The translations under genes and the position numbers were made by a program. The notes beneath the pieces were generated by a model that saw only the letters and a program-made list of their open reading frames with translations, did no database searches and was not told the DNA's origin. Shown piece by piece: positions 1 through 8,622 of a stretch of 32,093 nt of DNA. Origin of the DNA: Clostridia bacterium. GTDB taxonomy: Bacteria > Bacillota > Clostridia > Oscillospirales > CAG-382. Each line of letters starts with the position of its first letter. The stretch's first letter is position 1. The stretch covers positions 1 through 32,093 of the forward strand of contig JAGBWF010000051.1 of assembly GCA_017629895.1 (NCBI GenBank), written 5' to 3'.

Positions 1-1674
1 CTGTGCGATAATAAGCTTGGTCGTATCGGGAATCGAGTTCGCCATCGTTTCGCGGAGCATATAATCGGTTTTTGTGTCAACCGCGCTGGTGGAATCGTCC
101 ATAATCAGTATTTTCGGGTGTTTAAGAAGCGCGCGTGCGATACAAAGCCTCTGCTTCTGTCCGCCCGAAACGTTCGTGCCGCCCTGCTCGATATAGGTAT
201 CGTAGCCGTCGGGGAAGGACGAAATAAATTCATCGGCGCAGGCAGAAATACAAGCCTGCTTCATTTCCTCGTCGGTGGCGTTTTCGTTGCCCCAGCGAAG
301 ATTTTCCTTTATCGTGCCCGAGAAAAGCACGTTCTTCTGCAATACCATCGCAACGGCATCGCGCAGGGTGTGAATATCGTAATCGCGTACGTTGTGGCCG
401 CCGACGAGCACTTCGCCGCTCACGGTATCGTAAAGACGGGGAATAAGCTGAACGAGAGTCGATTTACTGCTTCCCGTACCGCCGATAATACCGATGGTTT
501 CGCCCGATTTTATGCTGAAATTAATGTTTTTAAGAACGTTTTTGCCTTCGTGGTAAGCGAAATTAACGTTTCTGAACTCGATACTGCCGTTTTCAACGCT
601 GTAAAGCGCGTTTTCTTCGGGGCTTCTTATGGTCGATTCCTCGTCGAGCACCTCGCAAACACGCTCTGCCGATGCGCGCGACATTACGACGGTTACGAAA
701 ATCATCGAAAGCATCATAAGCGACATAAGTATCTGCATCGTGTAGTTAAGAAGCGCGGTGAGCTCGCCTGTGGTCAGGCTTTCGCCTACTCCTGCGACGT
801 TGTAGTTGATAATAAGCGTCGCGCCGAACCAGCATACGAGCAAAATGCAGGTATATACGGTCATCTGCATAAGAGGCATATTGAACGAGAGTATTTTTTC
901 TGCGCTTACGGTGTCGTTGTATATCTCGCCCGAAACCTCGTTGAACTTTTCGGTTTCCTCTTTTTCACGCACGAAAGCCTTTACCACGCGTATACCGCGC
1001 AGGTTTTCCTGAACGACACGGTTGAGCTTATCGTACTTTTTGAACATACGCTTGAATATCGGGTGCGCCTTTGTCATAATAAGAGTAAGACCGATAACAA
1101 GCACGGGCACAGCCGCAAGGAAGATAAGCGCGAGCCTTGAATTGATGCTGAACGCCATAACGAGCGAGAAAATCATCATCGAAGGGCTTCTTACCGCAAT
1201 GCGTATTATCATGTGGAAGGCTTCTTGCAGACGGTTAACGTCGGTCGTGAGTCTTGTAACAAGGCTCGAGGTCGAAAATTTATCGATGTTTTTAAAGGAA
1301 AAGTGCGAAATTCTTTCGAAAAGGCGTTCGCGCAGATTTTTCGCAAAGCCGGTGCTTGCGATAGCCGCGCTTCTGCCCGCCGCCGCACCGAAAAAGAGCG
1401 AGATCAGCGCACAAACGGCGATAAGTCCGCCGATTATAAGCACGTATCGCATATCGGACGAGCCTTCGGGCTTGCCGATAATGCTTTCGAAGAAGCGGCT
1501 TATAAGGTTCGTGCTTTCTTCGGAATTGCCTGAGGTCGGGTCGATACAGTTGATAAGCAGAGCGAGCAATATGGGGATTATTACCTCCATAATAACCTCG
1601 CCCATAATAAGCAGGGGCGAAAGAAGCGCATGGGTTGTAAAGCCTTTTACGCTTTTTGCGAGCTTTTTAAGCAT
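1..1674 (-). CDS. ABC exporter, fused permease/ATPase (heterodimeric TM287/EfrA-like subunit); 3' end runs off the window
   Basis: Not in the ORF track because it has no stop in the window. Minus-strand reading from ATG at 1674 (SD AAGGAGG) gives MLKKLAKSVKGFTTHALLSPLLIMGEV..., Walker A IIGGTGSSKSTL, signature NVSGGQKQRLCIARALL, Walker B ILIMDDSTSAVD (D in place of the catalytic E) and IIAQ (Q in place of the switch H) at the window edge, i.e. the degenerate-site subunit. Confidence 0.93.
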   Translation of the reverse strand, partial: MLKKLAKSVKGFTTHALLSPLLIMGEVIMEVIIPILLALLINCIDPTSGNSEESTNLISRFFESIIGKPEGSSDMRYVLIIGGLIAVCALISLFFGAAAGRSAAIASTGFAKNLRERLFERISHFSFKNIDKFSTSSLVTRLTTDVNRLQEAFHMIIRIAVRSPSMMIFSLVMAFSINSRLALIFLAAVPVLVIGLTLIMTKAHPIFKRMFKKYDKLNRVVQENLRGIRVVKAFVREKEETEKFNEVSGEIYNDTVSAEKILSFNMPLMQMTVYTCILLVCWFGATLIINYNVAGVGESLTTGELTALLNYTMQILMSLMMLSMIFVTVVMSRASAERVCEVLDEESTIRSPEENALYSVENGSIEFRNVNFAYHEGKNVLKNINFSIKSGETIGIIGGTGSSKSTLVQLIPRLYDTVSGEVLVGGHNVRDYDIHTLRDAVAMVLQKNVLFSGTIKENLRWGNENATDEEMKQACISACADEFISSFPDGYDTYIEQGGTNVSGGQKQRLCIARALLKHPKILIMDDSTSAVDTKTDYMLRETMANSIPDTTKLIIAQ

Positions 1675-2146
1675 TGTTTTCCTCCTTGGGATTAAAATAG
1701 TGTTCCTTTTCGGCGTTTGCGATATTGCGGCAAAGCTTATCTGCGATTGCAAAGAAGCTGTTCAGCTCCTCTTCGGTAATGCCGTTTCGCAGAAATTGCT
1801 CGAACGAATCGATATGCTTTTCGTGCCGTTCGTGAATAGAGAGTGCGACGGGGGTAAGCCTTATTTTTTTAAGCCTTGCGTCGTTTTCGTCGCGCTCGCG
1901 CACCACAAGACCGTTTTTTTCCATTAATTTAAGCATTTCGGTCATTGTCGGACGGCGTACCGAAAAATGCTTTTCGATATCGCGCTGAAAAACGTCGCGG
2001 TGGCGGTTATCGTAAAGATATCCGATTATCCAGCCGTGCGTTCCCGTGCAGGAAAGCCCGCTCCGTGCTCTGCTCGCCTCTACCGCGCGCTTTATCGCAA
2101 CCGAAAGCATTCTCACACGGAAGCCGATGGTTTCTTCGCGTTCCAC
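1667..2146 (-). CDS. MarR-family transcriptional regulator
   Basis: GTG start with GGAGG SD; winged-HTH motif QRDIEKHFSVRRPTMTEMLKLMEKNGLVVRERDENDARLKKIRLT; overlaps the ABC gene start by 8 nt. Confidence 0.93.
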   Translation of the reverse strand: MEREETIGFRVRMLSVAIKRAVEASRARSGLSCTGTHGWIIGYLYDNRHRDVFQRDIEKHFSVRRPTMTEMLKLMEKNGLVVRERDENDARLKKIRLTPVALSIHERHEKHIDSFEQFLRNGITEEELNSFFAIADKLCRNIANAEKEHYFNPKEENNA

Positions 2147-2150
2147 TTAT

Positions 2151-2180
2151 ATTAGCCTCCTAACAATTAGTACCCTAACA
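2151..2180. promoter_or_regulatory. Putative MarR operator: two tandem TTAG-N4-CTAA palindromes
   Basis: ATTAGCCTCCTAACA (2151-2165) and ATTAGTACCCTAACA (2166-2180) lie between the marR -10 and its start; the first covers the SD. Confidence 0.65.
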
Positions 2181-2207
2181 TTATATCCCGTTCGGCGTAA
2201 ATGTCAA
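2180..2207 (-). promoter_or_regulatory. sigmaA promoter for marR-ABC
   Basis: Minus strand TTGACA (2207-2202), 16 nt, TATAAT (2185-2180). Confidence 0.75.
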
Positions 2208-2228
2208 GAGCTTATTGATTTAAAATTG

Positions 2229-2257
2229 TTGACAAGCGTGCGCGGATGGTGTAAAAT
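2229..2257 (+). promoter_or_regulatory. sigmaA promoter for rbsK
   Basis: TTGACA (2229-2234), 17 nt, TAAAAT (2252-2257). Confidence 0.7.
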
Positions 2258-2297
2258 GTATAAGAAAAAGTGTATTTTTTATACGGAGGGCAAAACA

Positions 2298-3224
2298 ATG
2301 GCAAAAAGGATACTTGTGGCGGGAAGCTCGAATATCGATTTTATGCTTACAACGCCTTATATCCCCGCACCCGGAGAAACACTGCTTTCGGGCGGTAAAT
2401 ATGCGTTCACTCCCGGCGGAAAGGGCGCAAACTCCGCTATTGCCGCAAAAGCAATGGGGGCAGACGTTATTTTCTGCTCACGCGTGGGCGACGATGCATA
2501 CGGAGACAGATTGATATCGCTTTTCAATGAGCGCGGTATCGATACGAGATATATAAAGGTGGACCGTCTTGAGCAGACCGGCCTTGCCGTCGTTATGCTC
2601 GAAAAGAACGGAACCAACCGTATTATCGCTTTCAGCGGCGCAAACAGCAAAATCAGCGATTCCGATATAGAAGGTGCGTTTTCGGCTTATCCCGATGCGG
2701 TGCTCACACAGTTTGAAATTCGTCCCGATGCGGTTATAGCCGCCGCACGCCTTGCAAACGACGAGGGCATTCCTCTTTTCGTGGACGCAGGCTCGGCAAA
2801 GGCAGATTTCCCGCTCGAAAAATTAGAGCGTGTCGAGATATTCTCGCCGAATGAAGCCGAAACCGAAATATTGACGGGTATCCGCCCCGATAATCTCGAA
2901 AACTGTCTGCGTGCTTCTATCTCGCTTTGCAACAGAGTCGATATAAAATACGTCGTGCTCAAGCTCGGCGAACGCGGCTGCTACGTTTACGACGGCAAAT
3001 ATTGCGACCTTATCTCTCCGTTCGACGTGAACGTTGTCGATACCACCGCCGCAGGCGACGTATTTACCGCCGCGCTCACAACCGAATATCTCCGCACGGG
3101 CGATATTCTTTCCTCGGCTAAATTTGCAAACGCCGCGGGTGCGCTCGCAACGACCAAGCTCGGCGCCGTAAACTCGGTTCCTACGCTTGAGGAAGTAAAA
3201 AATCTTTTGGAGAATAAATTTTAA
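2298..3224 (+). CDS. rbsK: Ribokinase (PfkB family)
   Basis: Start moved to ATG 2298 (SD GGAGG); motifs VAGSSNIDF, PGGKGANSA, SPNEAE, DTTAAGDVF. Confidence 0.88.
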   Translation: MAKRILVAGSSNIDFMLTTPYIPAPGETLLSGGKYAFTPGGKGANSAIAAKAMGADVIFCSRVGDDAYGDRLISLFNERGIDTRYIKVDRLEQTGLAVVMLEKNGTNRIIAFSGANSKISDSDIEGAFSAYPDAVLTQFEIRPDAVIAAARLANDEGIPLFVDAGSAKADFPLEKLERVEIFSPNEAETEILTGIRPDNLENCLRASISLCNRVDIKYVVLKLGERGCYVYDGKYCDLISPFDVNVVDTTAAGDVFTAALTTEYLRTGDILSSAKFANAAGALATTKLGAVNSVPTLEEVKNLLENKF

Positions 3225-3246
3225 AGGCTTTTAAGGAGATTCCGAT

Positions 3247-4179
3247 ATGTTCAGAATTGGCACGGTCAATATCGATACCTCGCACGCACCCTCGTTCGCC
3301 GAAATTCTTTTGAAGGGCGACGAAGGCAAATACACCGCAATTTATAACGACGGCTTCCGCACCGATGAAGAGGTCAACACCTTTATCGAAAAATTCGGGC
3401 TCGATAAGCGCTATACCGACCTTTCCGAAATGGCAAAGGATATCGATATCGCGTTTATTCAGAGCTGCAACTGGGATAACCACGTCGCTCAGTCGATGCC
3501 CTTTATCGAAGCGGGCGTTCCCGTGTTTATCGATAAGCCTATCGCGGGCAACCTTGCCGATTTGAAGACCTTCGAGGAGCTCGACAGACAGGGCAAGGTT
3601 ATTCTCGGCACGAGCGCACTTCGCTATACCTACGAGCACGATTCCTTCTTTGCAATTCCCGAGGAGGAGCGCGGAAGCGTGGTTCACGTTTCGACAATGG
3701 TCGGCGTTGACGAATTTAACTATGCGATCCATTCGGTAGAATCTATATTGGGCTTTATCGGCGACGTTTCTCCGATCTCCACCCGTTTTATCGGCACGAG
3801 CGTTGCGGGCGACGTCCCCTGCGACAGCTACTACGTGGTATTCGAAAACGGCGCGACCGCTTGCTACCACATCTGCAAGAAGGGCTGGCAGCCCTCTACC
3901 GCTTTGGTTATGACGAGCAAGACCAGCTTTGCATATAAGATCGACACGAGCAAGGTTTACGAAGCGATGCTCAAGCAGGTATGCGCTTATATGGCGGGCA
4001 AGGAAAACAAGCTTGCGACCGTTAAGCAGATGACCGACGCCGTTAAGATAATGCTTGCAGGCAAAAAGAGCGCCGCAAACGGCGGAACAACCGAGCTTAT
4101 CGCAGAGCTTACCGAAAGCGATCCCTCGTTCGACGGAGCCGAATTCGAGGAATTCTACGCGGCTTCGCAGAGAAAGTAA
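3247..4179 (+). CDS. Gfo/Idh/MocA-family oxidoreductase
   Basis: SD AAGGAG; N-terminal Rossmann-like IGTVNIDTSH, VPVFIDKPIA, GTSALRY, YAIHSVE. Confidence 0.8.
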   Translation: MFRIGTVNIDTSHAPSFAEILLKGDEGKYTAIYNDGFRTDEEVNTFIEKFGLDKRYTDLSEMAKDIDIAFIQSCNWDNHVAQSMPFIEAGVPVFIDKPIAGNLADLKTFEELDRQGKVILGTSALRYTYEHDSFFAIPEEERGSVVHVSTMVGVDEFNYAIHSVESILGFIGDVSPISTRFIGTSVAGDVPCDSYYVVFENGATACYHICKKGWQPSTALVMTSKTSFAYKIDTSKVYEAMLKQVCAYMAGKENKLATVKQMTDAVKIMLAGKKSAANGGTTELIAELTESDPSFDGAEFEEFYAASQRK

Positions 4180-4195
4180 AAAATCGGAAAAATTT

Positions 4196-4231
4196 AAGGC
4201 AGAAGCGATAAACTTCTGCCTTGCGTTTTTT
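4196..4231 (+). terminator. Intrinsic terminator
   Basis: AAGGCAGAAG / CTTCTGCCTT stem followed by GCGTTTTTT. Confidence 0.7.
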
Positions 4232-4289
4232 AAAATGATGTGTTATCATATTTATAATGACGAAAAATGTTGAAAAACGGAGAACGACG

Positions 4290-6185
4290 GTGAACAAACG
4301 CATTGTTTCGGCACTTTTGTGCATTGTAATATTCGCTCTTGCGCTTCCGCTTACCGCGGCTGAATTGAATACGGCGAAAGCCGAGCCGATTTCCTTCGAG
4401 GAAAGAATAATGTACGGCGGTACGGCTGTCGATATCGGCGAAAACACCGTGGTATCGGAAAACGGTGCGCTTTGGCTCGTTACTCCGAGCGGAGAAAAGG
4501 CGGTTATCGCAAGGACCGAGGCAAAATATCTTAATTATTATAACGAAAGGCTTTGGTTCGTTTGCGGAAGCGATATAAAGAGCTGTAACGCAGACGGAAG
4601 CGATCTGCGCACCGAAAAAAGCTTTTCCGAGGAAGTAAAGTGCCTGTACGTTACCGAGGAGGGCTTTTTGTATATCCGCGGAAGCGCGGTTTGCAGCTAT
4701 AAAAACGGGAACGAGAAGGTATCGCTCGTCCGCGAGGGCATCGAGGGCTTCCTGCCCGAAGCCGACGGACGAATCCGCTGGATAGTCAAGAACCCCGATT
4801 ACGTTTATACCGAAGAAAACGGCGACGAGATATATACCGACGGAAACGGCGAATTTTTGCAGTATATATCTGCCGAAAACGGTGCTTTGAGCGAAGATAT
4901 GCTTTATACGGGCTCGGATAACGGCGTTTCCGAGATTTCCTCCGACGGAGGATATTCGGGTATCTACGTTCAGGTCGGCGACGTAACGCTTCCGATGGCG
5001 GAGCACATGCCGGGAACCTTTTTTTCGAAAAACGGCAAGGCGTGCGTCTGCCATAACACCGCGCCTACCTACTGTATTCAGTCGGAGGGTAATTGCAACT
5101 GTATGCGATATTACCCGACGGGCTATAAGGAAAGCTGTGAGATAGACCTGCTCGGCGCGCAGTGCTTTGCCTTTGCGAGAATGGTTTTCTGGAAATGCTT
5201 CGGATTTATCGACCATTCGATGAACCAATCGCTCTATTACAGCGCGGGCAGTCTTTCGGGCGGCTCGGTTACCGCAAACAGCGTCAAGGCACTTATGATG
5301 AAATCGGCACCGGGTGCACACGTTCGTCTCGCCGCGGGACATTCGGTTTCGGTGCTCAGCGTCGATGAGGATTTCATCGTTATATATCACGGCAACGCAG
5401 GCGGCGACGGAGTTATCTCCCAGCCCTGCATCGTTTCGACAAGACGCTATACCTGGGAGCAGTGGGCAACGGCGTGCGCGCGCGGAATACTCTACGTTAA
5501 TATGCCGTATAATTACCCCGATTCCGAAATAATCCTTTCGAAAAAGGAGCCGGGCTTTTATAAATTAAAGGCGAATCTTAACCTTCGCGCAGCAGCCAAC
5601 ACCGAATCGACTCCGATATGCATTATCCCGAACGGTGAAATAATAAGCGTTACCGAGATCGACGGCTTCTGGGGCAAAACCGAATATAACGGAAGCGTCG
5701 GCTGGGTGTTCCTCGAATACACGACCTTCTTCAGCGGACTTGCGATAAGCCCCTCGAGCGGACTTTTCGTGCGCGGGGAGGACGGATATCTGCGCGGTGT
5801 AGCATCGGAGCTTTCGCCCGATATGTTCGCCGAGCATTTCCGACACAGCATAGAGGTTTCGTCGAAGGACGGTCTTGCGCTTTCACCGACCGATTATATC
5901 GGCACGGGCTGCGTTGTAAGCCTTTCGGTCGGGGGCAAGGTTATCGATACCGCGGTCGTTTGCATCGCAGGGGACGTGAACGGAAACGGAGTGATCGACG
6001 TCGGCGATTACCTGCTCGCAAAGCGCGCTTATATGGGCACCTATTCGCCGAGCGAGACCGAGAAAAACGCGATCGACGTTTCGGGCAGCGGTACAGTTGA
6101 CGTATACGATTATACCTTTATACGCCGTTATTTCTTTACCGAAAACGAGGAGATTTTCTCGGCGTTTTGCAAAAAAGACGAATAA
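4290..6185 (+). CDS. Secreted modular protein: beta-rich N-domain, CHAP/NlpC-P60-like Cys-His domain, SH3b, dockerin
   Basis: Probable GTG start at 4290 (GGAGA) giving a signal peptide; GAQCFAFAR...GHSVSV...IYHGN; SH3b NLNLRAAANT...FWGKTEYNGSVGWV; dockerin GDVNGNGVIDVGDYLLAKR...DVSGSGTVDVYDY. Confidence 0.8.
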   Translation: MNKRIVSALLCIVIFALALPLTAAELNTAKAEPISFEERIMYGGTAVDIGENTVVSENGALWLVTPSGEKAVIARTEAKYLNYYNERLWFVCGSDIKSCNADGSDLRTEKSFSEEVKCLYVTEEGFLYIRGSAVCSYKNGNEKVSLVREGIEGFLPEADGRIRWIVKNPDYVYTEENGDEIYTDGNGEFLQYISAENGALSEDMLYTGSDNGVSEISSDGGYSGIYVQVGDVTLPMAEHMPGTFFSKNGKACVCHNTAPTYCIQSEGNCNCMRYYPTGYKESCEIDLLGAQCFAFARMVFWKCFGFIDHSMNQSLYYSAGSLSGGSVTANSVKALMMKSAPGAHVRLAAGHSVSVLSVDEDFIVIYHGNAGGDGVISQPCIVSTRRYTWEQWATACARGILYVNMPYNYPDSEIILSKKEPGFYKLKANLNLRAAANTESTPICIIPNGEIISVTEIDGFWGKTEYNGSVGWVFLEYTTFFSGLAISPSSGLFVRGEDGYLRGVASELSPDMFAEHFRHSIEVSSKDGLALSPTDYIGTGCVVSLSVGGKVIDTAVVCIAGDVNGNGVIDVGDYLLAKRAYMGTYSPSETEKNAIDVSGSGTVDVYDYTFIRRYFFTENEEIFSAFCKKDE

Positions 6186-6205
6186 ATATACAAAAATAAG
6201 CCAAG

Positions 6206-6243
6206 ACAGCCGTTTCGTATAAGCGCGAAAACGGCTGTTTTTT
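6206..6243 (+). terminator. Intrinsic terminator
   Basis: ACAGCCGTTTCG / CGAAACGGCTGT stem plus T run. Confidence 0.8.
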
Positions 6244-6482
6244 CGTTTTTTAGCAAAACACAAGATGTTGGTGTGCAATATATGCCGACCACTCTCTGTG
6301 GGACTTGACAAGGTGTGTTATAATATTAAGTGGAAATATTTGCGCCCGCGTAAAAACGGCGGAAAATTTGTCGTTTACGCACATATAATATCGAACGAAT
6401 TAGTGCATATTTCCGAAGGAAGCCGCGTAAGATCATATTATAGGCACGCTTCCGAAAAAAATTTTTAAGGAGACAACTATCC

Positions 6483-6974
6483 GTGAAAAAGCTTATACTT
6501 CCGCTTATAGCCGTTTTGCTTGTCGTTTCGGTCTACCCGATACTCGCAACGGCATCCTCGGCGGAGAGCGCAAGATCGGAAATGAACATCCCCGACGATA
6601 CGCTTATCAATTACGGCTATCTGCAAAAGTTCAAGGAAGAGCTTAAGCAGGAGCTTATAGAGGAGCTTACCGCACAGGGCGGCATAACCGTTGCCACCGA
6701 ATATAAGGACGTATCCTTTAAGGAGGGGCAGATGATCCTTCTTGCTCCCGATGCGGAAATAATCTATCGCGGCGGCGGTGCCGTTGTTATCACCTCCTCG
6801 GGCGAGGAAAACGAAGGAATTACCGATATGGCAGAGGGCAGAGAGCTCTTTTCGGGCGAGGCTCTGGAATACGGCCATATCTATTATGCATCCGAAAGTG
6901 AATCCCGCAAGGCGATACTTGTAACAGGAGCAAAGGCGTATTTCACTGTGAGAGGTGATTATGAAATTGCTTAG
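6483..6974 (+). CDS. Hypothetical exported protein
   Basis: GTG start with SD AAGGAG; N-terminal hydrophobic signal; overlaps the next gene by 14 nt. Confidence 0.75.
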   Translation: MKKLILPLIAVLLVVSVYPILATASSAESARSEMNIPDDTLINYGYLQKFKEELKQELIEELTAQGGITVATEYKDVSFKEGQMILLAPDAEIIYRGGGAVVITSSGEENEGITDMAEGRELFSGEALEYGHIYYASESESRKAILVTGAKAYFTVRGDYEIA

Positions 6975-8574
6975 ACGTCTGCTTTCGCTCGCGCTGGCAA
7001 CCGTATTCTGCATCGGCGCGGCGGTTTTCCCGATAAACGCATCCGCAAAAAAGGCGGAATATAACGAGCCCTACGTCCGTGTCGGTATGTACGTTGACGC
7101 TCCCACGCTCGATACGCGCAGATTTTATTCCGAAAATATTTCGGCAAACGGATTTGATATCGGCTACACGGCGGGCGATGAATTTATAAAGCTTTTCGAC
7201 ACCGATGAAAAGAATATAATTCTCGTTCCTCAGGTAAATATCAGCTTCGAAAACGGCAAGGCAATTGCCGATGAAAACGGAAACGTCGGCGCGTACAGCG
7301 CGGTTTTGGGAAGCTTTTCGAGCTATTCCTCGGCAAATAGCGCCGCAAAGTCGAAGAACGGCTTCGTTGCGGTAGTAAAGGGCGGCTACGAGGCGCGTGC
7401 CTATTCCTCCACCACCGCGGCGGGCGTTAAAAAATCGTCCGGCGGAAGAAGCGTTTCTTCACCCGCGGCAAACGGAATAGCAGTGCTCGATAAAAACGGC
7501 AAAATACTTTTCAGCTTCGAGGATTCCTCCCGCAAGCTTGCGCTCCGCGGCAAAAACGGCGGCGCCGTCAATCTTCCGATGAAGCACCGCTCGGGTAATA
7601 TAAACCATTACGATTACAGCGGTATTTTCGAATATACGGTAACCGATAATCTGCTTACGATGAGCAATATTCTCGGTCTTGAGCTTTATACAAAGTGCGT
7701 TATGTCCGTCGAGATCGGCACGAACTTTGCGGTTGAAACGAGAAAAGCGTTTGCCGTACTCGCACGTACCGTACCGCTTTACGCAAAGCATAAAAAGCTC
7801 GGCTTTGACGTCTGCACAAACTCCGCCTGCTGTCAGGTATACAGCGGACTTTACCGTATGAGCGAGGAAAACAACGCGATAGTGGATGCGACGCGCGGAC
7901 TTATCGCGACCTATAAAAACGCGCCGATAATGGTGCTCTATCACAACTCGAACGGCGGTGCAAGCTGTTCCTCGGTTGCGGCGTGGGGCGGCGAGGAGAT
8001 ACCCTATCTCACGACCGTATTCCAGCCCGAGCACGAGGACGGCGATAAGTGGACCAAGGTATATACAAAGCAGCAGTTTTTCGACCATATAACCTCGCGC
8101 AAGAGCTTTTCGGCTATCAAGGACGATGAAATTTCGGTGCAGATAGTCGAAACCGACCCCTACGGCTCGGATTATATAACCGTGCTTTCGGTCTCGGACG
8201 GAAGCGGTAACAGCGTTCGTATCGAAACGAGCGAGGACGTGCGCTCGGCTCTCGGCTTCACCAGCGCGAATTTTGAGCTTGAATATACCGCAAACCTCAC
8301 CGTTCTTACCGAAAACGGCAGGGTCGAAAAACGCGATATCACGGGCGTTCTCACGGCAGACGGCTATAAAAAATTCGAGGGCTTCGGCGATGGCGTGAAA
8401 ACCCCTATGGGCACGACCGTCTCTCCCGATAAGGTTACGGTGAACGGCTCGGGCGTCGGCCACGGCGTCGGATTTTCGGCAACGGGCAGCGAACAGCTCG
8501 CAAGAGACGGCTACAGCTATAAATATATCCTTGAATTCTTCTTTAACGGCATAACCCTTAAATATCCGCAATAA
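6961..8574 (+). CDS. SpoIID/LytB-domain protein (putative lytic transglycosylase)
   Basis: Signal peptide; YVRVG; LELYTKCVMSVEIG...KAFAVLART; FDVCTNSACCQVY; YHNSNGG; GSGVGHGVGFS...YKYILEFFF. Confidence 0.88.
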   Translation: MKLLRRLLSLALATVFCIGAAVFPINASAKKAEYNEPYVRVGMYVDAPTLDTRRFYSENISANGFDIGYTAGDEFIKLFDTDEKNIILVPQVNISFENGKAIADENGNVGAYSAVLGSFSSYSSANSAAKSKNGFVAVVKGGYEARAYSSTTAAGVKKSSGGRSVSSPAANGIAVLDKNGKILFSFEDSSRKLALRGKNGGAVNLPMKHRSGNINHYDYSGIFEYTVTDNLLTMSNILGLELYTKCVMSVEIGTNFAVETRKAFAVLARTVPLYAKHKKLGFDVCTNSACCQVYSGLYRMSEENNAIVDATRGLIATYKNAPIMVLYHNSNGGASCSSVAAWGGEEIPYLTTVFQPEHEDGDKWTKVYTKQQFFDHITSRKSFSAIKDDEISVQIVETDPYGSDYITVLSVSDGSGNSVRIETSEDVRSALGFTSANFELEYTANLTVLTENGRVEKRDITGVLTADGYKKFEGFGDGVKTPMGTTVSPDKVTVNGSGVGHGVGFSATGSEQLARDGYSYKYILEFFFNGITLKYPQ

Positions 8575-8583
8575 AAAAACAAG

Positions 8584-8622
8584 CCCCGACAGAAGCGATC
8601 GGCTCTGTCGGGGTGATTTTTT
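8584..8622. terminator. Bidirectional terminator between convergent genes
   Basis: CCCCGACAGA / TCTGTCGGGG stem, with an A run upstream and a T run downstream. Confidence 0.8.

Noticed and set aside
118-1927. Plus-strand ORFs 118-1140 and 1022-1927
   Set aside because: They are antisense to the ABC exporter and marR genes, which carry clear motifs.
2046-2297. Extended N-terminus of ribokinase
   Set aside because: It overlaps marR and the divergent promoters; the SD-supported start is 2298.
6305-6324. TTGACA/TATAAT as a canonical -35/-10 pair
   Set aside because: The spacing is only 8 nt; at most an extended -10 promoter.
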